Assembly (NCBI GenBank): GCA_963783145.1
Contig: CAWAMM010000001.1
Span: forward strand, 547,347 to 611,346
Source of the DNA: an uncultured delta proteobacterium
GTDB lineage: Bacteria > Desulfobacterota > Binatia > Binatales > Binataceae
Length of the DNA: 64,000 nucleotides
Direction: 5' to 3'
Part shown: positions 1-9,117 of the stretch, piece after piece
How positions within the stretch are numbered: position 1 is the stretch's first letter
Layout of the letters: every line of letters begins with the position of its first letter
Notes under the pieces: generated by a model
What the model was told of the DNA's origin: nothing
Seen by the model: only the letters and a program-made list of their open reading frames with translations
The model's database searches: none
Program-made: the position numbers and the translations under genes

Positions 1-380
1 CGGCGCCGCGCCGTGTGCGACGCACGCGCCGCTCGGTTCCAGAGGGTGTCGCGCACGTACATGCGACCTTCAACAACACCATTGTGACGATTACCGATCC
101 GCAGGGGTTGGTGGTCGCGTGGTCGAGCGCCGGGTCGGTCGGCTTCAAGGGATCGCGCAAAGGCACTCCATTCGCCGCGCAGATGGCCGCGGAGGCATGC
201 GCGCGCAAGGCCTCGGAAGTCGGGATGCGCAGCTGCATTGTGCATGTGAAGGGTCCGGGCGGCGGCCGCGAGTCAGCGGTGCGCGCGCTGCAGGCCGCGG
301 GACTCAACGTACTATCGATTAAAGACGTGACGCCGATTCCGCATAACGGATGCCGTCCGCCAAAACGGCGCCGCGTTTGA
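1..380 (+). CDS. rpsK: 30S ribosomal protein S11, probably 5'-truncated by the window edge
   Basis: ORF 15..380 translates to ...[16 protein letters not shown]...[14 protein letters not shown]...[11 protein letters not shown]...[15 protein letters not shown], the canonical S11 sequence. The frame stays open back to the window start, and the operon order S11-S4-RpoA-L17 fits. Confidence 0.9.
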   Translation, partial: APRRVRRTRRSVPEGVAHVHATFNNTIVTITDPQGLVVAWSSAGSVGFKGSRKGTPFAAQMAAEACARKASEVGMRSCIVHVKGPGGGRESAVRALQAAGLNVLSIKDVTPIPHNGCRPPKRRRV

Positions 381-403
381 ACGGAGCAAAGGACTAAAGC
401 AAG

Positions 404-1030
404 GTGGCCAGAAACCTGGGTCCAGTATGCCGGCTATGCCGGCGCGAGGGGCTGAAGCTCTTCCTCAAGGGCGAGCGATGCTATTCGGACAAATGCGCGA
501 TCGAGCGCCGCAACTATCCGCCCGGGGCACACGGGCAGGCGCGCACGCGTTTTTCCGAGTTCGCGATACGGTTGCGCGAGAAGCAGAAGGTCAAGCGCAT
601 CTATCGACTGCTGGAAAAGCAATTCGCGCATTACTTCGAGGTCGCAGAGCGGATGCCCGGCATCACCGGTGAAAGTCTGCTGGTGCTGCTCGAGCGCCGG
701 CTCGATAACGTCATCTATCGGCTCGGATTTGCGAGCTCGTTGTCACAGGCACGCCAGTTGGTTCGTCATGGCCATTTCGAAGTCAATGGCAAGAAAGTCA
801 CGATTCCATCGTACCTGGTAGCGGTCGGTCAGGTGGTAAGTATCACCGAAAAGAGCCGCACCAAGAAGGTCATCGTGGAGGCGCTGGAGATGGCGCAGCG
901 GCGGGGCGTGCCTCCATGGATTGCATTGGAGCGCGATCAGTTTCGTGGCTCCCTGCGCTCCTATCCGGCACGTACGGACCTGACGATGCCGATCAGCGAG
1001 AAGCTGATAGTCGAGCATTATTCAAGATAA
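404..1030 (+). CDS. rpsD: 30S ribosomal protein S4
   Basis: The 208-aa product has an N-terminal zinc-ribbon-like [18 protein letters not shown] motif and an S4 domain. It follows rpsK. Confidence 0.95.
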   Translation: MARNLGPVCRLCRREGLKLFLKGERCYSDKCAIERRNYPPGAHGQARTRFSEFAIRLREKQKVKRIYRLLEKQFAHYFEVAERMPGITGESLLVLLERRLDNVIYRLGFASSLSQARQLVRHGHFEVNGKKVTIPSYLVAVGQVVSITEKSRTKKVIVEALEMAQRRGVPPWIALERDQFRGSLRSYPARTDLTMPISEKLIVEHYSR

Positions 1031-1104
1031 TAGACGGCGACGGCGCGGCTCTCGGGAGGCCTCGATGAACCGCGAAAATCCATCCCGTCAAGAGACGACA
1101 AACT

Positions 1105-2139
1105 ATGCAGAATGATTGGCGTGATCTGATCAAACCGAAAGCAGTCGAGTTCGACGAGAAGGAATCCACTGCGACTTACGGGCGGTTCCTCGCGGAACCG
1201 CTGGAGCGCGGCTATGGGACCACGGTCGGCAACGCGCTGCGCCGCATCCTACTCTCCTCGTTGCCGGGCTTCGCGATCACAGCCGTAAGGATCAAGAGCG
1301 TACTGCACGAGTTCTCGACCATTCCGGGAGTTAAGGAAGACGTCACCGACATCGTGCTGAACCTCAAAGAGGTGCGGCTGCGCCTGCATGAGGGCGACCA
1401 GATCACCGCGACGCTCAAGTCCAAGGGCGAAGGCGTGGTGACTGCGGCGGATATCAATGCGGGGCCGAGCCTCGAGATTCTCACTCCCGGACAGCATATC
1501 GCGACGCTCGACAAGGGCGCCGACCTCGACATGGAAATCGTCATCAAGCGCGGCCGGGGTTATGTTACTGCGGAGCGCGGCGGCGAAGACGAGCCAATCG
1601 GCACTATCCGCCTCGATGCGGTGTTTTCACCGATTCGGAAAGTTAATTTCACGGTTACCAATGCCCGGGTCGGCAACCGCACCGACTACGACCGCCTGGC
1701 GCTGGAGATTTTCACCGACGGCTCCATCACCGCGCGCGACGCGCTCACCTACGCGGCGCGAGTGGCGCGCGACCAGATGTCGATTTTCGCGGGCGTTGAG
1801 GAAGAGGTCGAGGCTCCCGGCGGGCAGGTCGAGACCGGTGCGCAGGAAGCTCGCCCGACCATCAACGAGTTGCTCTATCGCCCGGTCGAAGGGCTGCCGA
1901 TCTCGGTGCGCGCCTTCAATGGGCTGCAGAATGCCGATATCAAGTACATCGGCGAGCTGGTTCAGCGCACCGAGCAGGACATGCTCAAGATCAAGAATTT
2001 CGGCCGCAAGTCGCTCAACGAAATCAAGGAAGTGCTGGCCGACATGGGGCTCTCGCTCGGGATGCGGCTGGAGAATCTGCCTGCGCGCAGCGAACTCGAC
2101 AAGATGTGGGAGGAGCAGGAGCGCCGCGAATCCACCTGA
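1105..2139 (+). CDS. rpoA: DNA-directed RNA polymerase subunit alpha
   Basis: The 344-aa product has an RpoA N-terminal dimerisation domain ([17 protein letters not shown]) and an alpha-CTD ([24 protein letters not shown]...[12 protein letters not shown]). Confidence 0.95.
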   Translation: MQNDWRDLIKPKAVEFDEKESTATYGRFLAEPLERGYGTTVGNALRRILLSSLPGFAITAVRIKSVLHEFSTIPGVKEDVTDIVLNLKEVRLRLHEGDQITATLKSKGEGVVTAADINAGPSLEILTPGQHIATLDKGADLDMEIVIKRGRGYVTAERGGEDEPIGTIRLDAVFSPIRKVNFTVTNARVGNRTDYDRLALEIFTDGSITARDALTYAARVARDQMSIFAGVEEEVEAPGGQVETGAQEARPTINELLYRPVEGLPISVRAFNGLQNADIKYIGELVQRTEQDMLKIKNFGRKSLNEIKEVLADMGLSLGMRLENLPARSELDKMWEEQERREST

Positions 2140-2187
2140 TCTCCTCTTCCGCGCCTGCCGCTCGCGGCGAGGCGCAAGCTGGGAGAG

Positions 2188-2224
2188 GTCGACGGGCGAC
2201 ATGCACCGCATGTTGCCCGTCGAG
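2188..2224 (+). promoter_or_regulatory. Long RNA hairpin in the rpoA-rplQ intergenic region
   Basis: GTCGACGGGCGACATGC-ACC-GCATGTTGCCCGTCGAG forms a 17-bp stem with one G-U wobble and a 3-nt loop. No U-tract follows, so it is a candidate processing or attenuation element rather than a terminator. Confidence 0.3.
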
Positions 2225-2279
2225 TGAGGGTGCAGGCGAGTGCCACGCCGCCTGAAGTTTCGGAGCTCGGAGATAGTCC

Positions 2280-2726
2280 ATGCGTCATCTTAATCTCGGA
2301 AGAAAGCTGAACCGGACCAAGGCTCATCGCCGGGCCCTGTTCAAGAACATGTTCCTCGCGCTGGTGAAAAGCAGCCGCATCACCACCACCGATCAGAAGG
2401 CCAAAGAGCTGCGCCGCTTTGCCGATCGGATGGTGACGCTGGGCAAGAAGGGCGACCTCGCGGCACGGCGCCGCGCGTTCTCGTACCTGCAGTCGCATCA
2501 GGCTGTCAAGAAGCTCTTCGATGAGATCGCGCCACGCTACAAAGATCGCGCGGGCGGATACACCCGGGTGGTGAAGTTCGGCTTCCGCCGTGGCGATGCG
2601 GCCCAGCTCTCGATCATCGAGTTCACCGGCCTCGAGGAGAAGGCGCCGACTCGCAAGCGACCTCGCCGCAAGAAGGAAGGCGCGGACGAGCATGCCGGCC
2701 ATCAGCACGCCGCCGCCAGCGCCTAG
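2280..2726 (+). CDS. rplQ: 50S ribosomal protein L17
   Basis: The 148-aa product begins [24 protein letters not shown]..., typical of L17. It is the last gene of the alpha operon. Confidence 0.95.
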   Translation: MRHLNLGRKLNRTKAHRRALFKNMFLALVKSSRITTTDQKAKELRRFADRMVTLGKKGDLAARRRAFSYLQSHQAVKKLFDEIAPRYKDRAGGYTRVVKFGFRRGDAAQLSIIEFTGLEEKAPTRKRPRRKKEGADEHAGHQHAAASA

Positions 2727-2752
2727 CCCTCCATCATACTGTAAGGCACCAA

Positions 2753-2784
2753 GGCCCGCGCATCGCGCGGGCCTTTCTCTTTTC
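2753..2784 (+). terminator. Rho-independent terminator of the rpsK-rpsD-rpoA-rplQ operon
   Basis: GGCCCGCGC-atc-GCGCGGGCC is a perfect 9-bp GC stem followed by TTTCTCTTTTC. It lies 27 nt after the rplQ stop codon. Confidence 0.6.
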
Positions 2785-3367
2785 AGAATCCTTGGATAAC
2801 CAAATCCGCGTGGCGATGCGGCGCGATGTGTTCGAGGTACCAATTCTCCGCGGCAACCCATCGCGCCATCCATGAGGTGCTGGGCTGCGCCCGAGCCGAC
2901 ATCCGGCGCACCCGTTCATCACGCGGAGTTTCGATGAAAATCGTGACATCGATGAGCGGGCGCAACTCCGGGCGCATCGAGAATACGCCCTCGATGATCA
3001 CAATCTCGCGCGGGTGGATTTCGATCCATTCGGCGAGGCTATCGGCGGCCCAATCATAGCGCTGATAGCGGGCGGGCTTCCCGTCGCGCAGCGGCATCAG
3101 AGCTTCATCGCGAAGCCGCCGCCAATCGAAATAGTTTTCGTATGCTTGTCGGGGAGTGAGCTGCACATATTGCGCTCCTATCAGCGGGCGATAGAAGTCG
3201 TCGCACCTGACGATTGATACTCGGCCGGCGAATGCCTCGCTGACACCTTTCGCGAGGGTGGACTTTCCCGCGCCGCCACATCCATCGATGCCGACAACCA
3301 TCGGATCACTGCGACGGCGGTCATTCAATAGTGTGCATGCTGCGTGCACCGCGTCGGCAGGGGTCAT
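2783..3367 (-). CDS. P-loop nucleoside/nucleotide kinase, uridine kinase/phosphoribulokinase-like
   Basis: A Walker A motif [12 protein letters not shown] sits near the N-terminus. The overall length and pattern match the uridine-kinase family. Confidence 0.55.
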   Translation of the reverse strand: MTPADAVHAACTLLNDRRRSDPMVVGIDGCGGAGKSTLAKGVSEAFAGRVSIVRCDDFYRPLIGAQYVQLTPRQAYENYFDWRRLRDEALMPLRDGKPARYQRYDWAADSLAEWIEIHPREIVIIEGVFSMRPELRPLIDVTIFIETPRDERVRRMSARAQPSTSWMARWVAAENWYLEHIAPHRHADLVIQGF

Positions 3368-3376
3368 CGCGATGGG

Positions 3377-3655
3377 CTAGATCGATTCGGCGATCTTCGC
3401 GCGCAGGGCCATGTGCGCGCTTTTGAAGCCCGACAGGATGCCGTCCTCGAAGTTCCATCCCGAGTCGGCGATGAGGTCGGGGAAGTCATGCGGATTCCGT
3501 ATGTCTTCGGAACTGAGCCCGGGATGAATTTTGTTGGCCAATTCGAGGACCTTTTTCGCTTGAAGGTCAATTAGCTCGAGCATCAGCTGATCGACTGCTC
3601 CGAGCGTCTCGCGCGTGAATGCCGCCATTTGGGAAATCCTATTCCTAACCGCCAT
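3377..3655 (-). CDS. Hypothetical small protein (92 aa)
   Basis: Codon usage is GC3-rich and the ORF is tightly spaced from the downstream kinase gene. No family was recognised. Confidence 0.35.
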   Translation of the reverse strand: MAVRNRISQMAAFTRETLGAVDQLMLELIDLQAKKVLELANKIHPGLSSEDIRNPHDFPDLIADSGWNFEDGILSGFKSAHMALRAKIAESI

Positions 3656-3891
3656 CCGCGAAAATCTCCGGGCGTCCGGGTCCGGGGCGACTTATATTGA
3701 GGGATGAGGGCTTGCGCGCAGTCGCCGGATGCCTAATGCTTTGAGGTTCGGGCCGAACGGCGAATTCGACGAATCGAACCGCGAGCATATAGCTGGATTA
3801 CCAAACGAAGCCAAATAACCCTTGAAAATCAATCGTCTTCGATTTTATTTCGCCTGCGAAATACGCCAATCTGGGCGCTAAGGATAACCAT

Positions 3892-5343
3892 TTGATGGCA
3901 AACGAACTGACCAAGCCGGAAAAGTTCTTCCAAAAACGGTTCGGCATGAACGAACCCGCCTTCGAACAAATCCTTGGCACTGCGCTCGAACGCAAGGCCG
4001 ACTATGCCGACCTCTACTTCGAGTATCGCAATGCCGAGGCGCTCGCGCTCGAAGAATCGATGGTGAATCACACCAGCAAGAGCGTCAGCCAGGGCGTCGG
4101 TGTGCGCGTATGCGCCGAGGACCGCACCGGGTACGCCTATTCGGATGAGGTTACCGTCGATCGCATGAAGATCGCGGCCGAAGCGGCGCGCGCCATCGCC
4201 GATACTCGCACCCGCGAGGTCGCGCCGGTTCAGGTCGGCACCGCGGTCCGCCGTCATAACCTCTACGAGCTCGACAGCACTCCGCTGGAGATTCCGGTCG
4301 AGGAGCGCGCCAAGCTGCTGTACGAAATCGACAAGATCGCGCGCGAGTATGATCCCCGCATCAAGAACGTGATGGCCTCGTTCGTCGCCGAACAGAAGTT
4401 GGTGATGATAGTCACTAGCGAGGGGAAAATCGCCGCCGACACGCAGCCGCTCTGTCGCCTGAATGTGAGTGTGATCGCCGAAGAAGGCGGGCAGCGCCAG
4501 ATGGGCAGCTTCGGCGGCGGAGGCCGCGTCGAATGGCGCTATTTTCTCGAAGGCGAGAAGTGGCGCGACTATGCAAAGGAAGCGGCGCGCCAGGCAATCG
4601 TAAATCTCGGCGCTATCGATGCGCCTGCGGGCGAGACCATCGTCGTCCTCGCGCCAGGATGGCCCGGAATCCTGCTGCATGAAGCAATCGGCCATGGGCT
4701 CGAGGGCGATTTCAATCGCAAGGGTACTTCGGCATTCGCAGGGAAGATCGGGCAGCGCGTCGCGAGCGAGTTCTGCACTGTAGTTGATGATGGAACAATT
4801 GCAAGCCGCCGCGGCAGCCTCAACGTCGATGACGAAGGGACTCCGACTTCGCGCACGGTGCTCATCGAAAGGGGCATCTTGCGCGGCTACATGCAGGATC
4901 GGATGAACGCCAAGCTGATGAAGATGGAGGCGACCGGGAACGGCCGGCGCGAGAGCTTCGCGCATGCGCCGATGCCGCGCATGACTAATACTTTCATGCT
5001 CAATGGCGAGCACGACCCGAAGGACATCATTAAGTCGGTGCCGAAGGGACTCTATGCGGTCAGCTTCGGTGGCGGCCAGGTCGATATCACCAATGGCAAA
5101 TTCGTGTTTTCGGCAAGCGAGGCCTACCTCATCGAAAATGGCGAGGTGACCAAGCCGGTTAAAGGCGCGACGCTGATCGGCAACGGTCCCGACGTGCTCA
5201 CGCGCGTTACGATGGTCGGGAACGACCTCGAACTCGACTCGGGCATCGGCACCTGCGGCAAAGACGGGCAATCGGTGCCGGTCGGCGTCGGGATGCCAAC
5301 CATTCGCATCGACGGGATCACCGTCGGTGGAACCAGTAATTAA
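3892..5343 (+). CDS. tldD: Metalloprotease TldD
   Basis: The 483-aa product carries the HEAIGHGLEGD zinc-binding motif of the TldD/PmbA family. A paralogue follows directly downstream. Confidence 0.9.
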   Translation: MMANELTKPEKFFQKRFGMNEPAFEQILGTALERKADYADLYFEYRNAEALALEESMVNHTSKSVSQGVGVRVCAEDRTGYAYSDEVTVDRMKIAAEAARAIADTRTREVAPVQVGTAVRRHNLYELDSTPLEIPVEERAKLLYEIDKIAREYDPRIKNVMASFVAEQKLVMIVTSEGKIAADTQPLCRLNVSVIAEEGGQRQMGSFGGGGRVEWRYFLEGEKWRDYAKEAARQAIVNLGAIDAPAGETIVVLAPGWPGILLHEAIGHGLEGDFNRKGTSAFAGKIGQRVASEFCTVVDDGTIASRRGSLNVDDEGTPTSRTVLIERGILRGYMQDRMNAKLMKMEATGNGRRESFAHAPMPRMTNTFMLNGEHDPKDIIKSVPKGLYAVSFGGGQVDITNGKFVFSASEAYLIENGEVTKPVKGATLIGNGPDVLTRVTMVGNDLELDSGIGTCGKDGQSVPVGVGMPTIRIDGITVGGTSN

Positions 5344-5358
5344 GGTTCAGAGAAGTAG

Positions 5359-6708
5359 ATGGCGGAATTAGATCTGAAACTTGCCGAATGGGCTCTAGGC
5401 GTTGCAAAGAAAAATGGCGCGACCGCGGCCGAAGTGCTGCTCGTCAGCGGAGAGTCGCTGGCAGCTGGTGTGCGGCTCGGCGAGGTCGAGAAGCTCAAGA
5501 GCTCGCGCGAGCGGCGGCTAGGGCTGCGGGTGTTTACCGGACAATCGTCCGCGACGTCGTCGACCGCTGAGATCGAGGAAGACTCACTTAAGGAATTCAT
5601 CAAGAGTACGGTTGACCTCGCGAAGCTGACCGCGCCTGATCCATGGTCGGGGCTTCCCGACCCGTCGCTGCACCCCCAATCTTTTCCCGAGCTGGACCTC
5701 GAAGACAACCAGCATCGGATAATCGAGGCGCCGAAAGCGCTCGAGCTTGCACGCATCGCTGAAAAGGCGGCGCTCAACAGCGATCCGCGCATCAAAAATT
5801 CCGACGGCGCGGAATTCGATTCCGGCACCTATCGGGTGATTTTCGCCAACAGCCAGGGTTTTGCGGGTGAGTATTCGGGGACCAACTATCATCTCGGCGT
5901 TGCGCCGATCGCGCAGGACGACAGTGGGATGCAGACTGGCTACTGGTACACCTCGAACCGGATGTATCAGAAGCTCGATGATCCGGCGATGGTGGGAAAG
6001 AAATCGGCGGAGCGTGCGTTACGAAAACTCGGCGCCCGAAAAATCAAGACCACTCGGGTTCCGATCGTCTTCGATCCGCAGATGGCGGCGGGCCTGGTTC
6101 ATACCATGGCGAGTGCGGCGTCCGGACCGTCGCTCTACAAGGGCGCTTCCTTTCTTGTAGGGAAACTTAGCCAAAAAGTAGCATCAGCGAATGTTACTCT
6201 GGTCGATGACGCGCGGATGCTCGGCGGACCCGGCTCGAAGCCTTTCGACGGCGAAGGACTGGCGACCAATCGCAAGAATCTCGTCGAGAAGGGCGAGCTT
6301 AAAACCTACCTGCTGGACAGCTATTCGGCGCGTAAGCTGAACCTTGCGCCGACCGGCAATGCCTCGCGCTCGGTGGGTTCGCCACCGGGAGTTAGCACCA
6401 CAAACTTCTACCTGGTGCCGGGCAACTACACGCTCGAGGAGATCATCGGTTCAGTCAAACAAGGTTTGTACCTCACCGAGCAGATCGGCTTCGGAGTGAA
6501 CATGGTGACCGGCGACTACTCGCGCGGCGCAGGTGGGATCTGGATCGAAAATGGCGAACTGACCTATCCCGTGCAGGAGGTGACCATCGCGGGCAACCTC
6601 AAAGAGATGTTCAATTCGATCGAGATGATCGGGAGTGACCTGGTGTGGCGCTCCTCGACGGTATCGCCCACCATCAAGATCGCCGAGATGACCATCGCCG
6701 GAGCATAG
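5359..6708 (+). CDS. pmbA: Metalloprotease PmbA/TldE
   Basis: The 449-aa product belongs to the TldD/PmbA family but lacks the HExxH motif, as PmbA does. It is adjacent to tldD. Confidence 0.85.
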   Translation: MAELDLKLAEWALGVAKKNGATAAEVLLVSGESLAAGVRLGEVEKLKSSRERRLGLRVFTGQSSATSSTAEIEEDSLKEFIKSTVDLAKLTAPDPWSGLPDPSLHPQSFPELDLEDNQHRIIEAPKALELARIAEKAALNSDPRIKNSDGAEFDSGTYRVIFANSQGFAGEYSGTNYHLGVAPIAQDDSGMQTGYWYTSNRMYQKLDDPAMVGKKSAERALRKLGARKIKTTRVPIVFDPQMAAGLVHTMASAASGPSLYKGASFLVGKLSQKVASANVTLVDDARMLGGPGSKPFDGEGLATNRKNLVEKGELKTYLLDSYSARKLNLAPTGNASRSVGSPPGVSTTNFYLVPGNYTLEEIIGSVKQGLYLTEQIGFGVNMVTGDYSRGAGGIWIENGELTYPVQEVTIAGNLKEMFNSIEMIGSDLVWRSSTVSPTIKIAEMTIAGA

Positions 6709-6735
6709 CCGATGCACGTGCCACGCTGGACAACG

Positions 6736-7248
6736 ATGTTGTTGGCGATGGCACTTCTTCTTCCTGCCGAGGCGCTCGCGAATCCCGCCGCGCTAATGAG
6801 CGGCCCGATGCGATGCGGCATCAATGGCTATGGGTGGCCGCTCTCGGCCAACGACGCGCCCATCGCGGCCGACGCTGGTACCATGGAAATCGTTTCGGAT
6901 GGAAACGGCAAATTCACTTCAGGTCAAATGACCCGGCATATCGGTGATGACACACGGATGGCGGGTACCAACGTGTGCACCTTCGACCTCGAGAGCGGAA
7001 GTTACGTTCAGCGGCCCGACGGAACTACCACGAATATCCTTAGCTGGAAATTGCGTGCAGGAAGCGACCCTCATTGCGGCGCGATCGTCACCAATTCGAA
7101 GTACCTGGGTTACGTCGAAGGGGCACGCGACTTCCATTCCGTAACTTACACGTCCACTTCCTACACTTTGGAAAATGGTCGGATCGGCTATGTCGGATCA
7201 AGTCCGCAAGGAGTGGTGATTGGCGTGTGCGAACCGCTCGGGAAATGA
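6736..7248 (+). CDS. Secreted hypothetical protein with 4 Cys
   Basis: A signal peptide MLLAMALLLPAEALA is present. The ORF could extend to 6712. No family was recognised. Confidence 0.45.
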   Translation: MLLAMALLLPAEALANPAALMSGPMRCGINGYGWPLSANDAPIAADAGTMEIVSDGNGKFTSGQMTRHIGDDTRMAGTNVCTFDLESGSYVQRPDGTTTNILSWKLRAGSDPHCGAIVTNSKYLGYVEGARDFHSVTYTSTSYTLENGRIGYVGSSPQGVVIGVCEPLGK

Positions 7249-7260
7249 ACGCCGGTTACG

Positions 7261-8244
7261 ATGAGACCTCATCAAATTGCGATCGCGATTTTTTCATCAC
7301 TTCTGATTATGGGCGGATCGATAGTGTCGGTCCGTGGGGCAGCAGCGAAGAACACCATCGTTGGAGTAGCGCTATCGCCGGCCCATTTCCCTTATTTCTC
7401 GGACGCTGACTTCAACGCATTCTTCGACGAGGCTGCCCAGATTGGAAGTCATGTCACCTGGATCTTTCAATGGGGCTCGCCGCCACCCTCAGGATCATTT
7501 TCCGTGGTGCAGCGATGGGCGAAGCAGCGTGGACTCAAGTTCCAGCTATGGCTTAGTCCCACTACTTTGTCGAATGATCGTAAGGATCCGGACTTGCCAA
7601 AGTCGCTGGCGGGCAAGGGTTTTGCTGACTCGCAGGTGCGCCAGGCATATGTGAAGGAGGTGCTTGAGCTTGCCGCTCTGAAACCTGATGTGCTTGGCCT
7701 CGCGACCGAGATCAATTTCCTGGCGCAAAATCCACGCGAGTTAACGTCGTTTGTAAGTCTCGCGCACGAAGCTTATGCGGCGGTGAAAGCAAAGTATCCG
7801 GAGCAGACCGTCACCGTCAGTTTCCAGTGGGAAGTGATGCGTGCGCATCAGCAGTACGACATGCTCAGGCAATTTGCGGATAGCGTCGATGTCTATTCCT
7901 TCACCAGCTATCCCGATGCTTTTGGGGATCCGTCCAAAGCGCAAGTCCCCGATGACTATTACTCATCGGTGCGCGAATTTCTTCCGACCCAGCGCGTCGC
8001 AATTTCCGAGCTCGGATGGAGTTCTGCACCGCCTGCCGGCGAGGATGTTCAGGCGAATTTTCTCGGACGGCTTCCCGGCTTGACGCACGGCGCGAAATTC
8101 GAATTTGTGACACTTGCCCTCCTTCATGATGTCTCGCTATTTACCGGCGACCTCGAGCGGCTTAATCATGTAGGCATCCGCACGTTTGATGACGCGCCGA
8201 AAAAAAGTTGGTACGTGGTTCTGAAGCTTCCGGAGCTGCGATGA
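7261..8244 (+). CDS. Secreted TIM-barrel glycoside-hydrolase-like protein
   Basis: A signal peptide (IAIAIFSSLLIMGGSIVSVRGAAA) is followed by a pattern of conserved acidic and aromatic residues (ATEINF..., ISELGW) that resembles clan GH-A hydrolases. This is a tentative call. Confidence 0.45.
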   Translation: MRPHQIAIAIFSSLLIMGGSIVSVRGAAAKNTIVGVALSPAHFPYFSDADFNAFFDEAAQIGSHVTWIFQWGSPPPSGSFSVVQRWAKQRGLKFQLWLSPTTLSNDRKDPDLPKSLAGKGFADSQVRQAYVKEVLELAALKPDVLGLATEINFLAQNPRELTSFVSLAHEAYAAVKAKYPEQTVTVSFQWEVMRAHQQYDMLRQFADSVDVYSFTSYPDAFGDPSKAQVPDDYYSSVREFLPTQRVAISELGWSSAPPAGEDVQANFLGRLPGLTHGAKFEFVTLALLHDVSLFTGDLERLNHVGIRTFDDAPKKSWYVVLKLPELR

Positions 8245-8657
8245 GGAGAATCGACATGGATCGCGCCAGGCTGATCGATCTTACACGACGGTTCACCGAT
8301 GCGTTCAATCGCAACGATCTCGACGCAGTGATGGCGTTCTTTTCCGACGATGCCGTTTATGGCGAGTTCAACGGAAAGCACAATCTAGGCAGGGCTGCGA
8401 TACGTGCCGCCTTTGAGCCGCAGTTCAGCGGCGCCTTCGGCAACATGAAGTTCCTCGAAGACGACATCTTCGTCGATGCTGAAAGCGGTCAGGCGATGAT
8501 CAGCTGGCGATGCACGCTCTCCATCAATGGCAAGCCCACCTCATGGCGCGGATTAGATCTGCTTCTTTTTCTCGGCGAGTGTGTCATTTCGAAGCGTACC
8601 TACGCGAAAGCCCGGGCCCCACTCTTCGAAGATGGGTGGACGGATGCGCGCGAATAA
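8241..8657 (+). CDS. SnoaL-like / NTF2-fold protein
   Basis: MRRIDMDRARLIDLTRRFTDAFNRNDLDAVMAFFSDDAVY... is a typical SnoaL_2 N-terminus. An ATGA overlap links it to the upstream gene. Confidence 0.55.
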   Translation: MRRIDMDRARLIDLTRRFTDAFNRNDLDAVMAFFSDDAVYGEFNGKHNLGRAAIRAAFEPQFSGAFGNMKFLEDDIFVDAESGQAMISWRCTLSINGKPTSWRGLDLLLFLGECVISKRTYAKARAPLFEDGWTDARE

Positions 8658-8809
8658 GATCAGCCTGCTCACTTCCTGACCAGTAGCTCGCTGGGCCAGC
8701 ACATTAGGGCTGACCAATGACGCCGATCCGGTCGAAGCGGCTCGCGAAAACGCGAAATTCGTAGCAAAACGCGATTCCTTACGCGGTAGCCGCCCAAAAT
8801 TCCTCAGCC

Positions 8810-8825
8810 CATACCGATCGGTATG
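8810..8825. promoter_or_regulatory. Perfect 16-bp palindrome CATACCGATCGGTATG (candidate operator)
   Basis: It sits in the roughly 460-nt non-coding leader upstream of the repeat-protein gene. A second imperfect palindrome, GTGATGGCATCGCGATTGCTGATCAC, follows. Confidence 0.3.
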
Positions 8826-9117
8826 TGATGGCATCGCGATTGCTGATCACTGGGCGGTAAGTTTTTCCTGGCGAGGATGCATGGGTTCATCGTTTCGGGC
8901 AAAATTATTTCAGGTAGGTGGTTTGTCGCGAGAGTCCGGTCTCGGATTATCGCATCGAGTTGGCCCGCTGGAAGTTGTCGCAGACGATCGCGATCTCGAC
9001 GTCAATCGCCAAAGTTCTCAGTCAACCCAGTCTCACCGATCCCACATCTTTATCGAGCGAGGTCTCTCTCTTCCGCGGAATCACCCGGGTGGAACGCGAG
9101 TGGAGTCAGAAACAAAA

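Noticed and set aside
3829-5271. A 480-aa ORF antisense to tldD, and similar long antisense ORFs at 1962..2873, 15144..16055, 25827..26834, 27009..27833, 37248..38696, 43288..44526, 44501..46561, 31146..31613 and 58874..59989
   Set aside because: High-GC genomes generate long stop-free antisense frames. Each lies opposite a confidently recognised protein (TldD, RpoA/L17, amidase, acyl-CoA ligase, Rel, WaaA, MsbA, secretin). Each has Arg/Ala/Gly-rich, low-complexity translations with no family resemblance.
6706-6714. pmbA and the next ORF share a frame and are separated by one stop: checked as a possible second Sec read-through
   Set aside because: The stop is TAG, not TGA, and the downstream ORF begins with its own signal peptide. 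It is an ordinary gene boundary.
8881-9117. N-terminal 79-aa extension of the repeat-protein ORF as given in the ORF track
   Set aside because: Third-codon-position GC is low compared with the rest of the gene. A TTG at 9118 gives a textbook signal peptide. The upstream part is more likely a 5' leader.
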